Assembly (NCBI GenBank): GCA_038087875.1
Contig: CM075987.1
Span: 22,384,001 to 22,448,000, forward strand
Origin: Malacoraja senta
Taxonomy: Eukaryota
Direction of reading: 5' to 3'
Length of the DNA stretch: 64,000 bases
Made by a program: the position numbers and the translations under genes. The notes under the pieces are model-generated. The model saw only the letters and a program-made list of their open reading frames with translations, was not told the DNA's origin and made no database searches. Shown one piece after another: positions 27,106-39,065 of this stretch; position 1 is the first letter of the stretch; each line of letters begins with the position of its first letter.

Positions 27106-27475
27106 GGATCTCTGTGTATATTATATATATCTTTTACATGTTTGAGTGTGACTTTGCATACAAGTGCATGTTTGTGTATTTGCCTGTATGTGTCTCTGCG
27201 CTTCTATCAGTGTTCGTGTGTGTGTGTGTGTTTGCTTCAGTGTGTGTGTGGTTCAGTCTGTGCATCTCTCTATTTGCTCTATCTGTCTGCATATGGGTGT
27301 CTGTGAGTTTACCTCAGTGTATGTGCGTGTGAGTCTGTGTCTCAGTGTATTTGTGTCTGTGGCTCATTGTGTGTAAATGCACCTGTGCCTCAGTATGTGT
27401 GTGTGTGTGTCTTATTGTGTGAAAATGTGTTTGTGTCTCAGTGTGTGTGTGTTTGCCTTAACTATAACTGTCTCT

Positions 27476-28401
27476 ACAGAAGTGGGGCTTCCCCTCTTCC
27501 ACTATGGATGAGGCTCTCACTAGGGTCACCTCGATATCCCGCAGCTCTGTTCTTGCTCGCCCTTCCCCCATTCACAACATGGACAGAGTCGCCCTCGTCT
27601 TCACCTTCCACCCGATCAGCCGTCGCATACAGCATATAATCCTCCAACACTTTCGCCACCTCCAACAGGATCCCACTACTGGCCACATCTTCCCATCTCC
27701 ACCACCTTCTGCTTTCCGCAGAGACCGTTCCCTCCACAACTCGCTGGTCAACTCGTCCCTTCCCACCCAAACCATCCCCTCTCCAGGTACTTTCCCCTGC
27801 AACCGCAGGAGATGCAACACCTGTCCCTTTACCTCCCCCCTCGACTCCATCCGACCCTGACCGTCTTTCCATGTGAGGAAGAGGTTCACATGCACCTCCT
27901 CCAACCTCATCTACTGTATCCGCTGTTCCAGGTGTCAACTTCTGTACATCGGCGATACCAAGCGCAGGCTCGGCAATCGTTTCACTGAACAGTTCCGCTC
28001 AGTCCGCCTTAACCTACCTGATCTCCCAGATGCTCAGCATTTTAACTCACCCTCCCATTCCCAATCTGACCTTTCGGTCCTGGGCCTCCTCCATTGTCAG
28101 AGTGAGGCCCAGCGCAAATTGGAGGAACAGCACCTCATATTTTGCTTGGGTAGTTTACACCCCCGAGGTATGAATATTGATTTCTCTAACTTCAAATAGC
28201 CCTTGCTTTTCCTCTCTCTCCATCCCCTCCCCCTCCCCCTTCCCAGTTCTCCCACCAGGCTTACTGTCTCCGACTACATTCTATCTCTGTCTTCCCCATT
28301 CCCTTGGCATCAGTCTGAAGAAGGGTCTCGACCCGAAACGTCCATCTTCTCTCCAGAGATGCTGCCTGTCCCGCTAAGTTACTCCAGCATTTTGTGTCTA
28401 C
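27476..28401 (+). mobile_element. 5'-truncated Penelope-like retroelement (GIY-YIG endonuclease, inactivated) with 14-bp TSD
   Basis: Frame reads ...GTFPCNRRRCNTCPF...*...FTCTSSNLIYCIRCSRCQLLYIGDTKRRLGNRF (GIY-YIG with Cys motif); in-frame TGA at 27858-27860; TSD CTATAACTGTCTCT at 27462-27475 and 28402-28415. Confidence 0.92.
28315..28342 (+). ncRNA. Minimal hammerhead ribozyme-like motif at the Penelope 3' end
   Basis: CUGAAGA + A + stem II GGGUC-UC-GACCC + GAAA + CG + UC; palindromic ACGU stem III; stem I is poor in this copy. Confidence 0.6.
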
Positions 28402-29013
28402 CTATAACTGTCTCTTTGTGAGTGTCCATGTGTGTGTGTGTCGTTCACTGTGCCTTGCTGTATGTGTCTGTATTTGTGAGTATGTGTGTCTATGTCTGTG
28501 CCTGTGTGTGTCTATGCCTGTGCCTCTGTGTGGGTTTGTGCTAGTGCCTCTGTATGTGTGTCCGTCACTGAGCCTTGCTGTGTGTATGTTCCTATGCGTG
28601 TTTGTGAGCATGTGTGCCTGTGTCTGTGTGTGCCAGTCTCTGTGCCTGTGTATGTGTGTGCCTGTCTCTGAGCCTGTGTGTGTGTGTGCGTGTGCCTCTT
28701 TCTCTGTGCCTGTGTGTGTGTGCCTGTCTCTGTGTCTCTATGTGTGTGACTGTCTCTGTGCCTCTATGTGTGTGTATGTGTGCCTGTCTCTGTGTCTCTA
28801 TATGTGTGTGTGTGTCTGTCTCTGTGTCTCTATATGTGTGTGTGTGTGTGCCTGCCTCTGTCTCTATATGTGGGTGTGTGTGTGTCTGTCTCTGTGTCTC
28901 TATATGTGGGTGTGTGTGTGTCTGTCTCTGTACCTGTGTGTGTGTGTGTGTTTGCGTGTGGGGGGACAGTGGGAGGAGACTACAAAGGTTGCAATCACTC
29001 TGCAGCGCTGTAA

Positions 29014-30148
29014 CTCTGTGAGTTGGAGGGGGAGGGGAGGAGCAGGAAGCAGTGAGAGAGTGTTCACATTCTGCTGTGTCTGTGTAATGGAAAATCCCCT
29101 CTGGGGTGGGATGTGTGCAGCAGTATATCGAGTTACAGCGTCTGATTACAGGCTCCGCTCTGCCTCCATCCCTTCTGTCTCAGGCCTTTGTCAAACCTCT
29201 GAAAGCTGCTTCCTTTTGATCAGGGAATGGAACATTACAGAACATCTCCCCTAACCTACACTTTAAAGATTAGAATAAAAAAATAACATTTAATATTGCC
29301 CAGTGGTCGAGTGAAACTAATGTGACAACTCAGACCATCTGCGTGTGATTAAGCAGCTAGTCCCTCTCGTGAGAAACCCGGGTACTGGCAGTAAAAGATG
29401 TCTTTGACTGGTTGACTGAATTGTTCCTTTTTTCCCCTCATTCAGCAAAACACCATCTTTTACTTTCTGGTTTTATTCCTCTTCCCCTGAAGGTGCGCCC
29501 TCTTACAGGGTTTCTCCCTCTCCTAGAGATTTTTAGTTTAGTTTAGCTTGAAGATAGGTTAGTTTAGTTTAGCGCGGAAACAGACCCTTCGTCCCACCGA
29601 GTCCGCGCCGACCAGCGATCCCCACACATTAACACTATCCTACACACACTAGGGACAATTAACACTTATAAACAAGCCAAATGACCTTCAAACCTGCACG
29701 TCTTTGGAGCGTGGGAGGAAACCGAAGATCTCGGAGGAAACCCCACGGGGAGAACGTACAAACTCCTTACAGATGGCACCCGTGGTCGGGATTGAACCCG
29801 GGTCTCCGGCGCTGCATTAGCTGTAAGGCAGCAACTCTACCGCTGCGCCACTGTGCCGACCTTGGATTCAAGTTCCCAGTTCCCTGAAAGTGGCAACACT
29901 GGTTAAGAGGATGGATACATATGGCAGGCTTGCTTTCGTATGTCAGGGTACAGAGTATAGAAATTGAGACATAATGTCGCAATTCTATAAAACACTGGCT
30001 AAACTGCATTTGGAGCATTATGTGGATTTCTTGTCACCACACTATAGGAAGGATGTGGTTGTTCTAGAATCTAGACAGTGACGAGGAGATTCAACATAAT
30101 ATTTCCAGAACTGGAAGGGGTTAGTTATGGGGAGATTGGACAGGCTGG
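29014..30148 (+). repeat. Inverted duplicate of 1-1135 (contains an HE1 SINE at ~29532-29857, minus strand)
   Basis: See 1-1135. Confidence 0.95.
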
Positions 30149-30974
30149 GCCAGTTTTCCTTCAGGGGTGACTTGATAGAGGTTTATAAGGTTGTAAGATG
30201 CATAGGTAGGGTAGGCAGTCAGAATAGTTTCCCATGGTAGGGGTATCAATTTGAGTTTGGCATAGGTTTAAGGTGAGGGAGAGGAGGTTCGAAGGGGATT
30301 TAAAGGGAAAGTTTTAGATATCTGGAACTTGTTGCCAGAGGAGTTGGAGTTAGATACTTAGCCAGGCACTTAAACAGACAAGGCATGGAAGGTTATGGAC
30401 CTAATGTGTTGAAATGGAATTGGTGTAGATGGGCAGAAAGGTCAGTATGGATGTAGGGCCTAAATCTGTGCTGTGTAACTCTATGACTCCAAGACTCGAT
30501 ACACTGCTAGGATATTTGATTCCAGTGGGATAACAGGCCTGCTGATATCAACCCATAGATGTCACTCGGTAGTGTCTGCAGGATTCCCTTGACCTGCACT
30601 GTAAATTAACTGTAATACACTGTACACTGGATGGCTCAATTGTAATCATGTATTGTCTTTCAGCTGACTGGATAGCACGCAGCGAAAGCTTTTCACTGTA
30701 CCTCGGTACGCGTGGCAATAAACTAAACTGAACTGATAGTGATTAAAGCAAGGACCCAAGGGGTGTTTGTGCTCCTGCTCGCATTTCTCTCTCGCAATGA
30801 ACACACCACCAGGCCAGGCAAGCACAGCGGCATCTCCTGATGGCTCAGGCACAACGCTGAGACTTATCTGTCCACATGATTCAGCACCGGTCCCACCAGG
30901 CCACGCATTCAGTGAGCGAAGGAGATCTACAGCTTTCTTTAAGCCCATTGTGTTAGAATTGTGCCTGACACCAG

Positions 30975-31290
30975 CCACGGTGACGCAGCGGTAGAGTTGC
31001 TGCCTTTCAGCGCCGGAGTCCCGGGGTTCGATCCCGACTACGGGTGCCGTCTGTACTGAGTTTGCACTTTCTCCCCGTGACCTGCGTGGGTTTTCTCCGA
31101 GATCTTCGGTTTCCTCCCACGCTCCAAAGACGTACAGATATGTAGGTTAATTGGCTCGGTGTATGTGTAAATTGTCCCTAATGTGTGTAGGATAGTGTTT
31201 ATGTGCGGGGATCGCTGGTCGGTGCGGACTCGGTGGGCCGAAGGGCCTGTTTCCGCACTGTATCTCTAAACTAATAAAAACTAAACTAAA
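30975..31290 (+). mobile_element. HE1-type SINE (well preserved)
   Basis: GGTGACGCAGCGG A-box, GGTTCGATCCC B-box, CpGs retained, (AAACT) tail. Confidence 0.88.
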
Positions 31291-31477
31291 CCTCCATGGC
31301 TCTTTGCGAGATCTCTCCATTCAGTCCTACCCTCCATTCCTTACTCCTTGGCCAGCAAACTTTTCCTTTAAAAAACAATCCAATTCCCTTCTGCAAGTTA
31401 ACAGTTGAAATTGCTTCAACCTTTAAAGCAGTGTAGATCAGAACAGCCTGCAGTTTAGAGCAAAATCTCCAAAAATG

Positions 31478-31774
31478 TTTTAGTTTTAATTTTAAAGGTA
31501 CAGCGTGGAAATGAGTCATTCGACCCATCGATTCCACGCCGACCCATATCACCCGGTACACTAGTTCTATCCTACACACACTAGGGACAATTTACAGAAG
31601 ACAATTAATCTACAAACATGCACGTATTTGGAACGTGGGAGGAAACCAGACCATCTGGAGAAAACCCACGATGTCGCGGGGAGAACGTACAAATTCCATA
31701 CAATTAACACCCGTAGTCAGGATCGAACCCAGGTCTCTGGCGCTGTAAGGCAGCAACTCTATCGCTGCGCCACT
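31478..31774 (-). mobile_element. HE1-type SINE
   Basis: Reverse complement of the family consensus seen in the window. Confidence 0.85.
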
Positions 31775-32328
31775 GTTACTGGCCTTCCTCCCAATGGAAT
31801 TCTCTCCATATATTCTATTAAAACCTCTCATCATTTTGAATACCTATTACATCTTTCTTGTTTTCGTGACCTTCTCTGCTTGAAGGAAAACAAATGCAAC
31901 ATCTCTCCGCAAAAGCCGAAGCCTTACTTTGTATTAGAGCGAGCTTGAAATGCGCAGGCAGGTTTTCACTGATACAGCACAGGAAGGCATTGTTCGGCCC
32001 ATCACATATATGCTAGCCCTTTCAAAAACAAAATCCATAGAGTCCCACTTCATCAGCTCTTTTCCTATTGCCCTGCGCAGAAAAAGGCCAGATTTTATTC
32101 TCCATTTAAATTAATGGACAACGCCAACATTCCAAATGAACTGCCTTGTGCTGAGCGGGGGAGTGTGGTTATAGAGGCCTGGGTCAGCATAACCCCAGCT
32201 CAGTGCAATCTCCTTTCCGTTTTATCTCCCGCTAAAATTGCTGCATCCAAAAATAACATTGGCAGATTATGTTTTTTAAAATGTTCTGCTTTTATGTGGC
32301 TGGAGAGAAACATTTCTCTCTCTAAGTG

Positions 32329-32660
32329 TGGCACAATGGCAGAGTTGCTGCCTTACAGCGCCAAAATCTGGGTTAGATCCTGACTATGGGTGTAGATCCA
32401 TAGTTCGATCCAACGGTTCGATCCTGACTGCACGGAATTTGTACATTCTCCCCGTGACCTGCCTGGGTTTTCTCCGGGTGCTCCGGATTCCTCACACATT
32501 CTAAAGACGTAGAGGTTTGTAGGTTAATTGGCTTGGTAAAATTATAAAGTGTCCCTAGTGTGTTTTTAAGATAATGTTAGTGTGCGGGGATCGCTGGTCG
32601 GCACGCACTAGATGGGCCAAAGTACCTGTTTCCGCGCTGTATCGCTAAACTAAACAAAAC
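32329..32660 (+). mobile_element. HE1-type SINE with locally multiplied B-box
   Basis: GTTAGATCC, GTAGATCC, GTTCGATCC and GTTCGATCC repeated within 32372-32425. Confidence 0.8.
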
Positions 32661-33716
32661 AGACTAAAATTTCAATCCTCTTTACTCTCACAATATGCTA
32701 TCGTGTTACAGAGCTACAGAATCTGGGACAGCAGGGGACAATTGTCACTCAAGATCCCCTGACTCTCAGTTTGATGAAGGGTCTCAACTGAAACGTCACC
32801 CATTCCTTCTCTCCTGAGATGCTGCCTGTCCCGCTGAGTTACTCCAGCATTTTGTGTCTATCTTCGGTGAAAACCAGCATCTGCAGTTCCTTCCTACAAA
32901 GTGAGTGATGGCTATTCAACTGTAAGGACATCACACATGCTTCATCGTCTTTATGACCTTTATTTTCAATTTGTTCTGAGGCCTCATCCAACTTACCTCA
33001 GTGATCTTTCACTCATTTACCCTGCATATATTCCCCTCTGCTACAACGGTCTGAAGAAGGGTCCCGACCCAAAATGTCACCTTGCCATTTCCTCCACAGA
33101 TGCTGCCTGACCCAGCATTTTGAGTTGTACTCAGGATTCCAGCATCTGCTGTTCTTCGTGTCTCCAGGTTACTCCTTCTCCACCAATCCCCAAGGATCAG
33201 GTACACATTGTCTAATACCTTTTAAAGACACAATATGCTGGAGTAACTCAGCGGGTCAGGCACCACCTCTTGAGAATATGGATAGGGAACGTTTCGGGTC
33301 GGGACCTTTCTTCACACACTATCTATTTGCCTATCTATTTTCTCCAGAAAAAACAATCCCAGATTTTCCAGTCTTCGTATAAGTGGCTCTTCATCCCAAC
33401 ACTCCAGACCTCATTTCATTCCCTTTTATTGTGCACAATTAAATGTATTTATTCCTTTTATTGTGCACAAATCCAAACCCCTAACCGTTCACTCTCTTTG
33501 CATAGGATCCCAATGGATCTAAACTTTTTTCCCATTCACTCCCATTTTATCCAATCCTATCAATTTCAGATTTCTTTTTTGTTTAATGCAGATTTAGGAA
33601 TTCTGAAATAAAAATAGAAAATCCTGTAAATATTCAGCAGGTCAGGCAATATCTGTAGAGAGAGAAATAGTTCACATTTTAGATTCAGGACCCCATATCA
33701 GTCAATCACTTTAACC

Positions 33717-34380
33717 TGTGTGAGAAGCAGCTGCAGATGTTGGTTTAAACCGAAGATAGACACAAAAAGCTCGAGTAACTCAGCGGGCCAGGCAGCATCT
33801 CTGGAGAGAAGGAATGGGTGACGTTTCGGGTCGAGACCCTTCTTCAGACTGGTTAGGGATAAAGGAAATGAGAGATATAGACGGTGATGTGGAGAGATGA
33901 AAAGCAATGAATGAAAGATATGCAAAAATGTAACGATCATAAAGGAAACAGGTGTTTGTAGGGTGAAAATGAGAAGCTAGTGCGACTTGGGTGGGGGAGG
34001 GATAGAGAGAGAGGGAATGCCGGGAAATCAATATTCATACCACTGGGCTGGAAGTTGCCCAAGCGAAATATGAGATGCTGTTCCTCCAATTTGCGTTTAG
34101 CCTCACTCTGACAATGGAGGAGACCGAGGACAGAAAAGTCTGTGTAGGAATGGGAAGGAGGTTTAAAGTGTCCAGCAACCGGGAGATCAGGTAGGTTCAG
34201 ATGGGCTGAGCGAAGGTGTTCCGCGAAACAATCGCCCAGTCTGCGTTTGGTCTCGCCGATGTATAAGAGTCCACATCTTGAACAACGGATACAGTAGATG
34301 AGGTTGGGGGAGGTGCAAGTGAACCTCTGCCTAATCTGAAAGGACCATCGGTGTCCCTGGACAGAGTCGAGGGAGGAGGT
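33717..34380 (-). mobile_element. Penelope-like fragment (GIY-YIG region and 3' end with hammerhead-like motif at 33820-33847)
   Basis: Reverse complement similar to 27830-28401; intact CTGAAGAAGGGTCTCGACCCGAAACGTC on the minus strand. Confidence 0.85.
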
Positions 34381-34727
34381 ATCAAGTTAACCATCTCCAT
34401 TCTACAGAGGCACTATGGAAAGCATCCTGAGGATGCATCTCAGCCTGGTAGGGCAACTACTCTGCTCCTGTGCACCTGAACCCATAAACAGTGATGAACA
34501 CAGCCCATTCATTATCAGGCTCATCACTTCCTTCCATCCAGTCCACCTTCATGATACGTTGCATCAGGAAGACACAAAGTATCAACAACGATACTTGTCA
34601 CCCAGGCCATTCCCTTTCTCTTTTTTCTACCTTCTTGGAAAGGCTTCAGGAGCTTGAAACCTCAGACGTCCAGACATAAGAACAGCATCTTCCCCACTAC
34701 CATCAGCCTCCTGAATCAATCACCTTT

Positions 34728-35608
34728 CATAGATACATAGAAAATAGGTGCAGGAGTAGGCCATTCGGCCCTTCGAGCCTGCACCGCCATTCAATATGAT
34801 CATGGCTGATCATCCAACTCAGTATCCCGTACCTGCCTTCTCTCCATACCCCCTGATCCCTTTAGCCACAAGGGCCACATCTAACTCCCTCTTAAATATA
34901 GCCAATGAACTGGCCTCAACTACCCTCTGTGGCAGAGAGTTCCAGAGATTCACCACTCTCTGTGTGAAAAAGTTTGTTCTCATCTCGGTCTTAAAGGATT
35001 TCCCCCTTATCCTTAAGCTGTGACCCCTTGTCCTGGACTTCCCCAACATCGTGAACAATCTTCCTGCATCTAGCCTGTCCAACCCCATAAGAATTTTGTA
35101 AGTTTCTATAAGATCCCCTCTCAATCTCCTAAATTCTAGCGAGTATAAGCCGACTTTCATATGAAAGTCCTGACATCCCAGGAATCAGTCTGGTGAACCT
35201 TCTCTGCACTCCCTCTATGGCTATAATGTCCTTCCTCAGATTTGGAGACCAAAACTGTACGCAATACTCCAGGTGTGGTCTCACCAAGACCCTGTACAAC
35301 TGCAGTAGAACCTCCCTGCTCCTATACTCAAATCCTTTTGCTATGAAAGCTAACATACCATTCGCTTTTTTCACTGCCTGCTGCACCTGCATGCCTACTT
35401 TCAATGACTGGTGTACCATGACACCCAGGTCTCGTTGCATCTCCCCTTTTCCTAATCGGCCACCATTTAGATAATAGTCTGCTTTCCTGTTTTTGCCACC
35501 AAAGTGGATAACCTCACATTTATCCACATTATACTGCATCTGCCAAACATTTGCCCACTCACCCAGCCTATCCAAGTCACCTTGCAGTCTCCTAGCATCC
35601 TCTTCACA
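34728..35608 (-). mobile_element. 5'-truncated CR1 LINE with frameshift
   Basis: ORFs 35129-35575 and 34819-35160 are near-identical to the C-terminus of 39168-40538; net 14-nt loss at ~35152. Confidence 0.95.
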
Positions 35609-36015
35609 CCAGTTCTGCCAAGTACTCTTATTCTTGACAATAACTCATTTGGGTATTCCATTATTGTACGTTAGTATCTTTATGCCCTGGTGAATATGGC
35701 AACAAACTCATCTGGGACCTGTGATCTGTGATCATTGTACACAATCCCAACAGACAACCATTCTCAGAGCGCAGAATTCTCAGAAGGTGGCGGGACTGGA
35801 AGAGGTGGCAGACATAGCACAGTTGGAGCCCATGAAAGAGTTTGGAGAATAGAACGAGTATTTTAAAATGTGACCCATCCTTGCAGTGGGACCAGATGTC
35901 GGTTAGCACGAGTGAAAGGGGACTTGTTGCAAGTTTAGGATGAGCTGAGGGAGGGAAAGTGACTGGGAAAGCAGCGGAATAGGAGCATCTGAAGGTAACG
36001 GTACACATTACATGG

Positions 36016-36320
36016 TGGCACAGTAGCACTGTGGCGCAGTGCCAAAGATCCAGGTTCAATCCTCACCTTGGGTGCAGTCTATTTGGAGTTTGTACGTTCT
36101 CCCTGTGACCGTGTGGGTTTCCTCCGGGTGCTCCGGTTTCCCCCCACACTCCAAAGACACGCGGGTTTGCAGGTGTATCGGCCTCTGTAAATTCCCCATG
36201 GTTTGTAGGGAGTGGAGTGGATGAGAATGTGGGATAACATGGAACTAGTGTAACAGGTCAGAATGAACCCGGTGGGCAGAAGGGCCTGTTTCCCTGCTAT
36301 TTCTCCAAACTAACCTAAAC
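36016..36320 (+). mobile_element. HE1-type SINE (diverged)
   Basis: B-box GGTTCAATCC, conserved body, AAACT-like tail. Confidence 0.8.
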
Positions 36321-36426
36321 ATCACTTGAACCCTGGCTGCATTTCGGAAATGAACGTGGAATTAAACACTCAGGCTTGCTGTTGTTACAGCCAGTCAGTG
36401 TGTCAGGAAGGAGACACTGAACCAAA

Positions 36427-36576
36427 ATGGATCAGCAGCAGCAAGAAAGAACGCAGGGATGGAAACAAAGAGAGACTGTAGTCGGAGGGATAATCACGCT
36501 GATGTTAATTGCAAGCTGGCAGGTTGCTTTGTTTTACGTCTCAGTTAAACGCAGAGAGAAACTCATCTCCAGTTAG
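36427..36576 (+). CDS. Candidate 49-aa single-pass membrane micropeptide in a putative exon 36391-36579
   Basis: Acceptor TTGTTACAG|, Kozak AAAATGG, MDQQQQERTQGWKQRET-VVGGIITLMLIASWQVALFYVSV-KRREKLISS*, donor CTG|GTGAGT. No homology recognised. Confidence 0.25.
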   Translation: MDQQQQERTQGWKQRETVVGGIITLMLIASWQVALFYVSVKRREKLISS

Positions 36577-38344
36577 CTGGTGAGTGAATTCTGTGATATC
36601 CCATTGATATGGTTACCCACCCCTGCGTCAGTCACACTGACTGCACTCCAGGGAGTGTCCTGGCAAACTTCCCAACACTCCCTTTGGTTCAGCTTGAAGC
36701 TGACTGTGTGACTCTTGACGACTCTGGCTGATCTATCGTGTTTGTTTTAGCAGCATGCTGGGGGATTTTTAATCAGAGCTGGCGTACTTGGTAACAGACT
36801 TTGTCCACTCCAATACACATGGCATGCTTGGGCAGTTGCACTGGGCAACGCCAGGTGTGCTTGGGTCTGTCACCCCTGGGAACTGATAGCTCCATGCTCA
36901 CCATGGATCAGGCTGCAAGTTTCACTCTGCACTGCATCTTAACTTCTCAGTCACTGTATTTGTAAAGCACCTTCAACAGTGGCGAAAGCCAGTTGATGTG
37001 ATTTAGGTTAGTTGTACAGATGTTGGGATGAGCTCATGTTTTCTTTCTTCTCCATTAACCTTCTCTACATCCAGCCACTCTCAGGACATGTGATTCTGGA
37101 CTCTCGTGGAGCCCATTTTGTTTTGTTTCCCTTGGGTATTCTCCCATGTGGGCTTTGCTTGCTCTCCATTCTCCTCCATTCAGAGTTAGAGTGACTTCGG
37201 CAATGACTGCCCTGAGCTAGGCATCCTGTCCTGTAGTCCACATTCTAACTTGCATCTTGGGTGGAGCAAGGGCACTGAAGCCAACTCTGCGTCCCCAGAC
37301 AGGATATAGGCTAATGGAGTAATAAATGGGCCACACACAGACAGACACACACACACACAAAGTTGGGAATAGAGTCATAAGAGTGATACAGTGTGGAAAC
37401 AGGCCCTTCGGCCCAACTTGCCCACACCGGCGAACGTGTCCCGGCAACACCAGTCCCACCTGCCTGCGTTTGGCCTGTATCCCTCCAAACTTGACCTATC
37501 CATGTACATCTCTGGTCAAGGTTTCATTCCCAAACAGTAATTGTTGTACAATGTCCAAATATAAAGGGAATTTTCTTTCTCAAACAGGAATGGCTCTGGA
37601 AACATTGCAAGGATCCAAACTGAACCTTTGGGAATCATAGAAACTATTTGACCGCAGGCTCCTGATCCCCTTTTGCAAGATAAAAAACACAAGGGTCAGG
37701 AAGCATAAATTCACTGTCGTTCAATTGCCATGAATCAGGAAAATAGGAATGTTTATCTCCTTTAAAGCATGCATTAAGTTATATTTAAATTAAATTTGAG
37801 TAACATTGGTTGCAATAAAATCTTGAGGTTACACCCAGGGTTGTCAATCCCAACTGTTGGAGGTGTTGACCTTAAGAAGCAAAAGATTTCCCAGCATTAC
37901 TTTGAGGCAGAGACACAAGGAACTGCAGATGTTGGATTCTTGAGCAAAACACAAAGTGCTGGAGGAACTCAACGGGTCAGGCAGCATCTGTGGATGGATT
38001 ATACAGGCGATGTTTCACTTCGGGACCCTTCTTTAGACATTATTTTGAAGATCGGAGGAGTTCCTTAGCGTATCCTGGGTCAATCCAAAACACCGTTGGA
38101 CAGAGGTTGCCCAGTTATTGGCACCTTGCTGTTGGTGGGATCTTGCTGTGCCAAAGCGTTGTTGAGCTGATGATGATCCAAGGAATGTCAGGGAGTGGAG
38201 ATACTCAAAACTGTGACTTCCTGCAACCACAACCCCTTGGGAGTGGAGAGGGACCTAGGATTTGAGTGAGCCAGGGTCTGCTGAGGAAGCACATTTGTAC
38301 TGCTCTCCATGTGGTCCTGTTGGTGAGCTCCAATCTAGCCCAGG

Positions 38345-38547
38345 GTAGACAAAAATGCTGGAGAAAATCAGCAGGTGAGGCAGCATCTATGGAGCGAAGG
38401 AAATAGGCAATGTTTCGGGTCGAGACCCTGAAGAAGGGTCTCAACCCGAAAGGTTGCCTATTTCCTCCGCTCCATAGATGCTGCCTCACTCGTTGAGTTT
38501 CTCCAGCATTTTTGTCTACCTTTGATCTTCCAGCATCTGCAGTTCCT
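38345..38547. repeat. Fold-back pair of Penelope-derived short elements
   Basis: GGTAGACAAAAATGCTGGAGAAA... and its reverse complement ...TTTCTCCAGCATTTTTGTCTACC. Confidence 0.8.
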
Positions 38548-39065
38548 TAAACATCCAATCGAGCCCAAATCCCTCTCCTCAAATGTTTGAAATAGCCTCT
38601 ACCAGTTCGGGAACCAAGGGAAAAGTTACTGCCGTGATTCACCGTCCTGGCAAAATAACCGGAAGCACCATTCAAGGATTGATTGGTAATTACGTTATCA
38701 AGCATAATAAATCTAGCGGTTATTTTGAGTGTTGGCACATTGTTTATCCACAGTTGTGCATGGTGATTGACTTTGCTGTTGATGTGGTGAAAGCCCTCGT
38801 ACAATGAGGCACCAGCGGAGTGTAGAAACCGCTAGGTTGCAGCTACAACCCTGCTCAGTCCTGACTTTAATCAGGGGCTTCCATGCCATGGTTTATGGAT
38901 GGGGGAACCAGTCGTGATTTACCCTCCTTGTTGCCAACCAGTAATTTCCACTATGAAGAAATATGGTACTCACCATTTCTTATTATCAGAATTTCCCAGA
39001 GCACTTACAATCCATTTTGTTTTAGTATCATCACTGTCGGCCAATATAGAAGCCAATTTATGCAG

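Larger units (their letters stand above)
27110..28960. repeat. Degenerate (TG)n/(TGTC) low-complexity tract, split by the Penelope insertion
   Basis: TG-rich blocks at 27110-27460 and 28416-28960, which generate the Cys/Val-rich spurious ORFs. Confidence 0.9.

Noticed and set aside
26646..29254. Long Cys/Val-rich ORFs (228 and 286 aa)
   Set aside because: Translations of TG microsatellite and SINE sequence.
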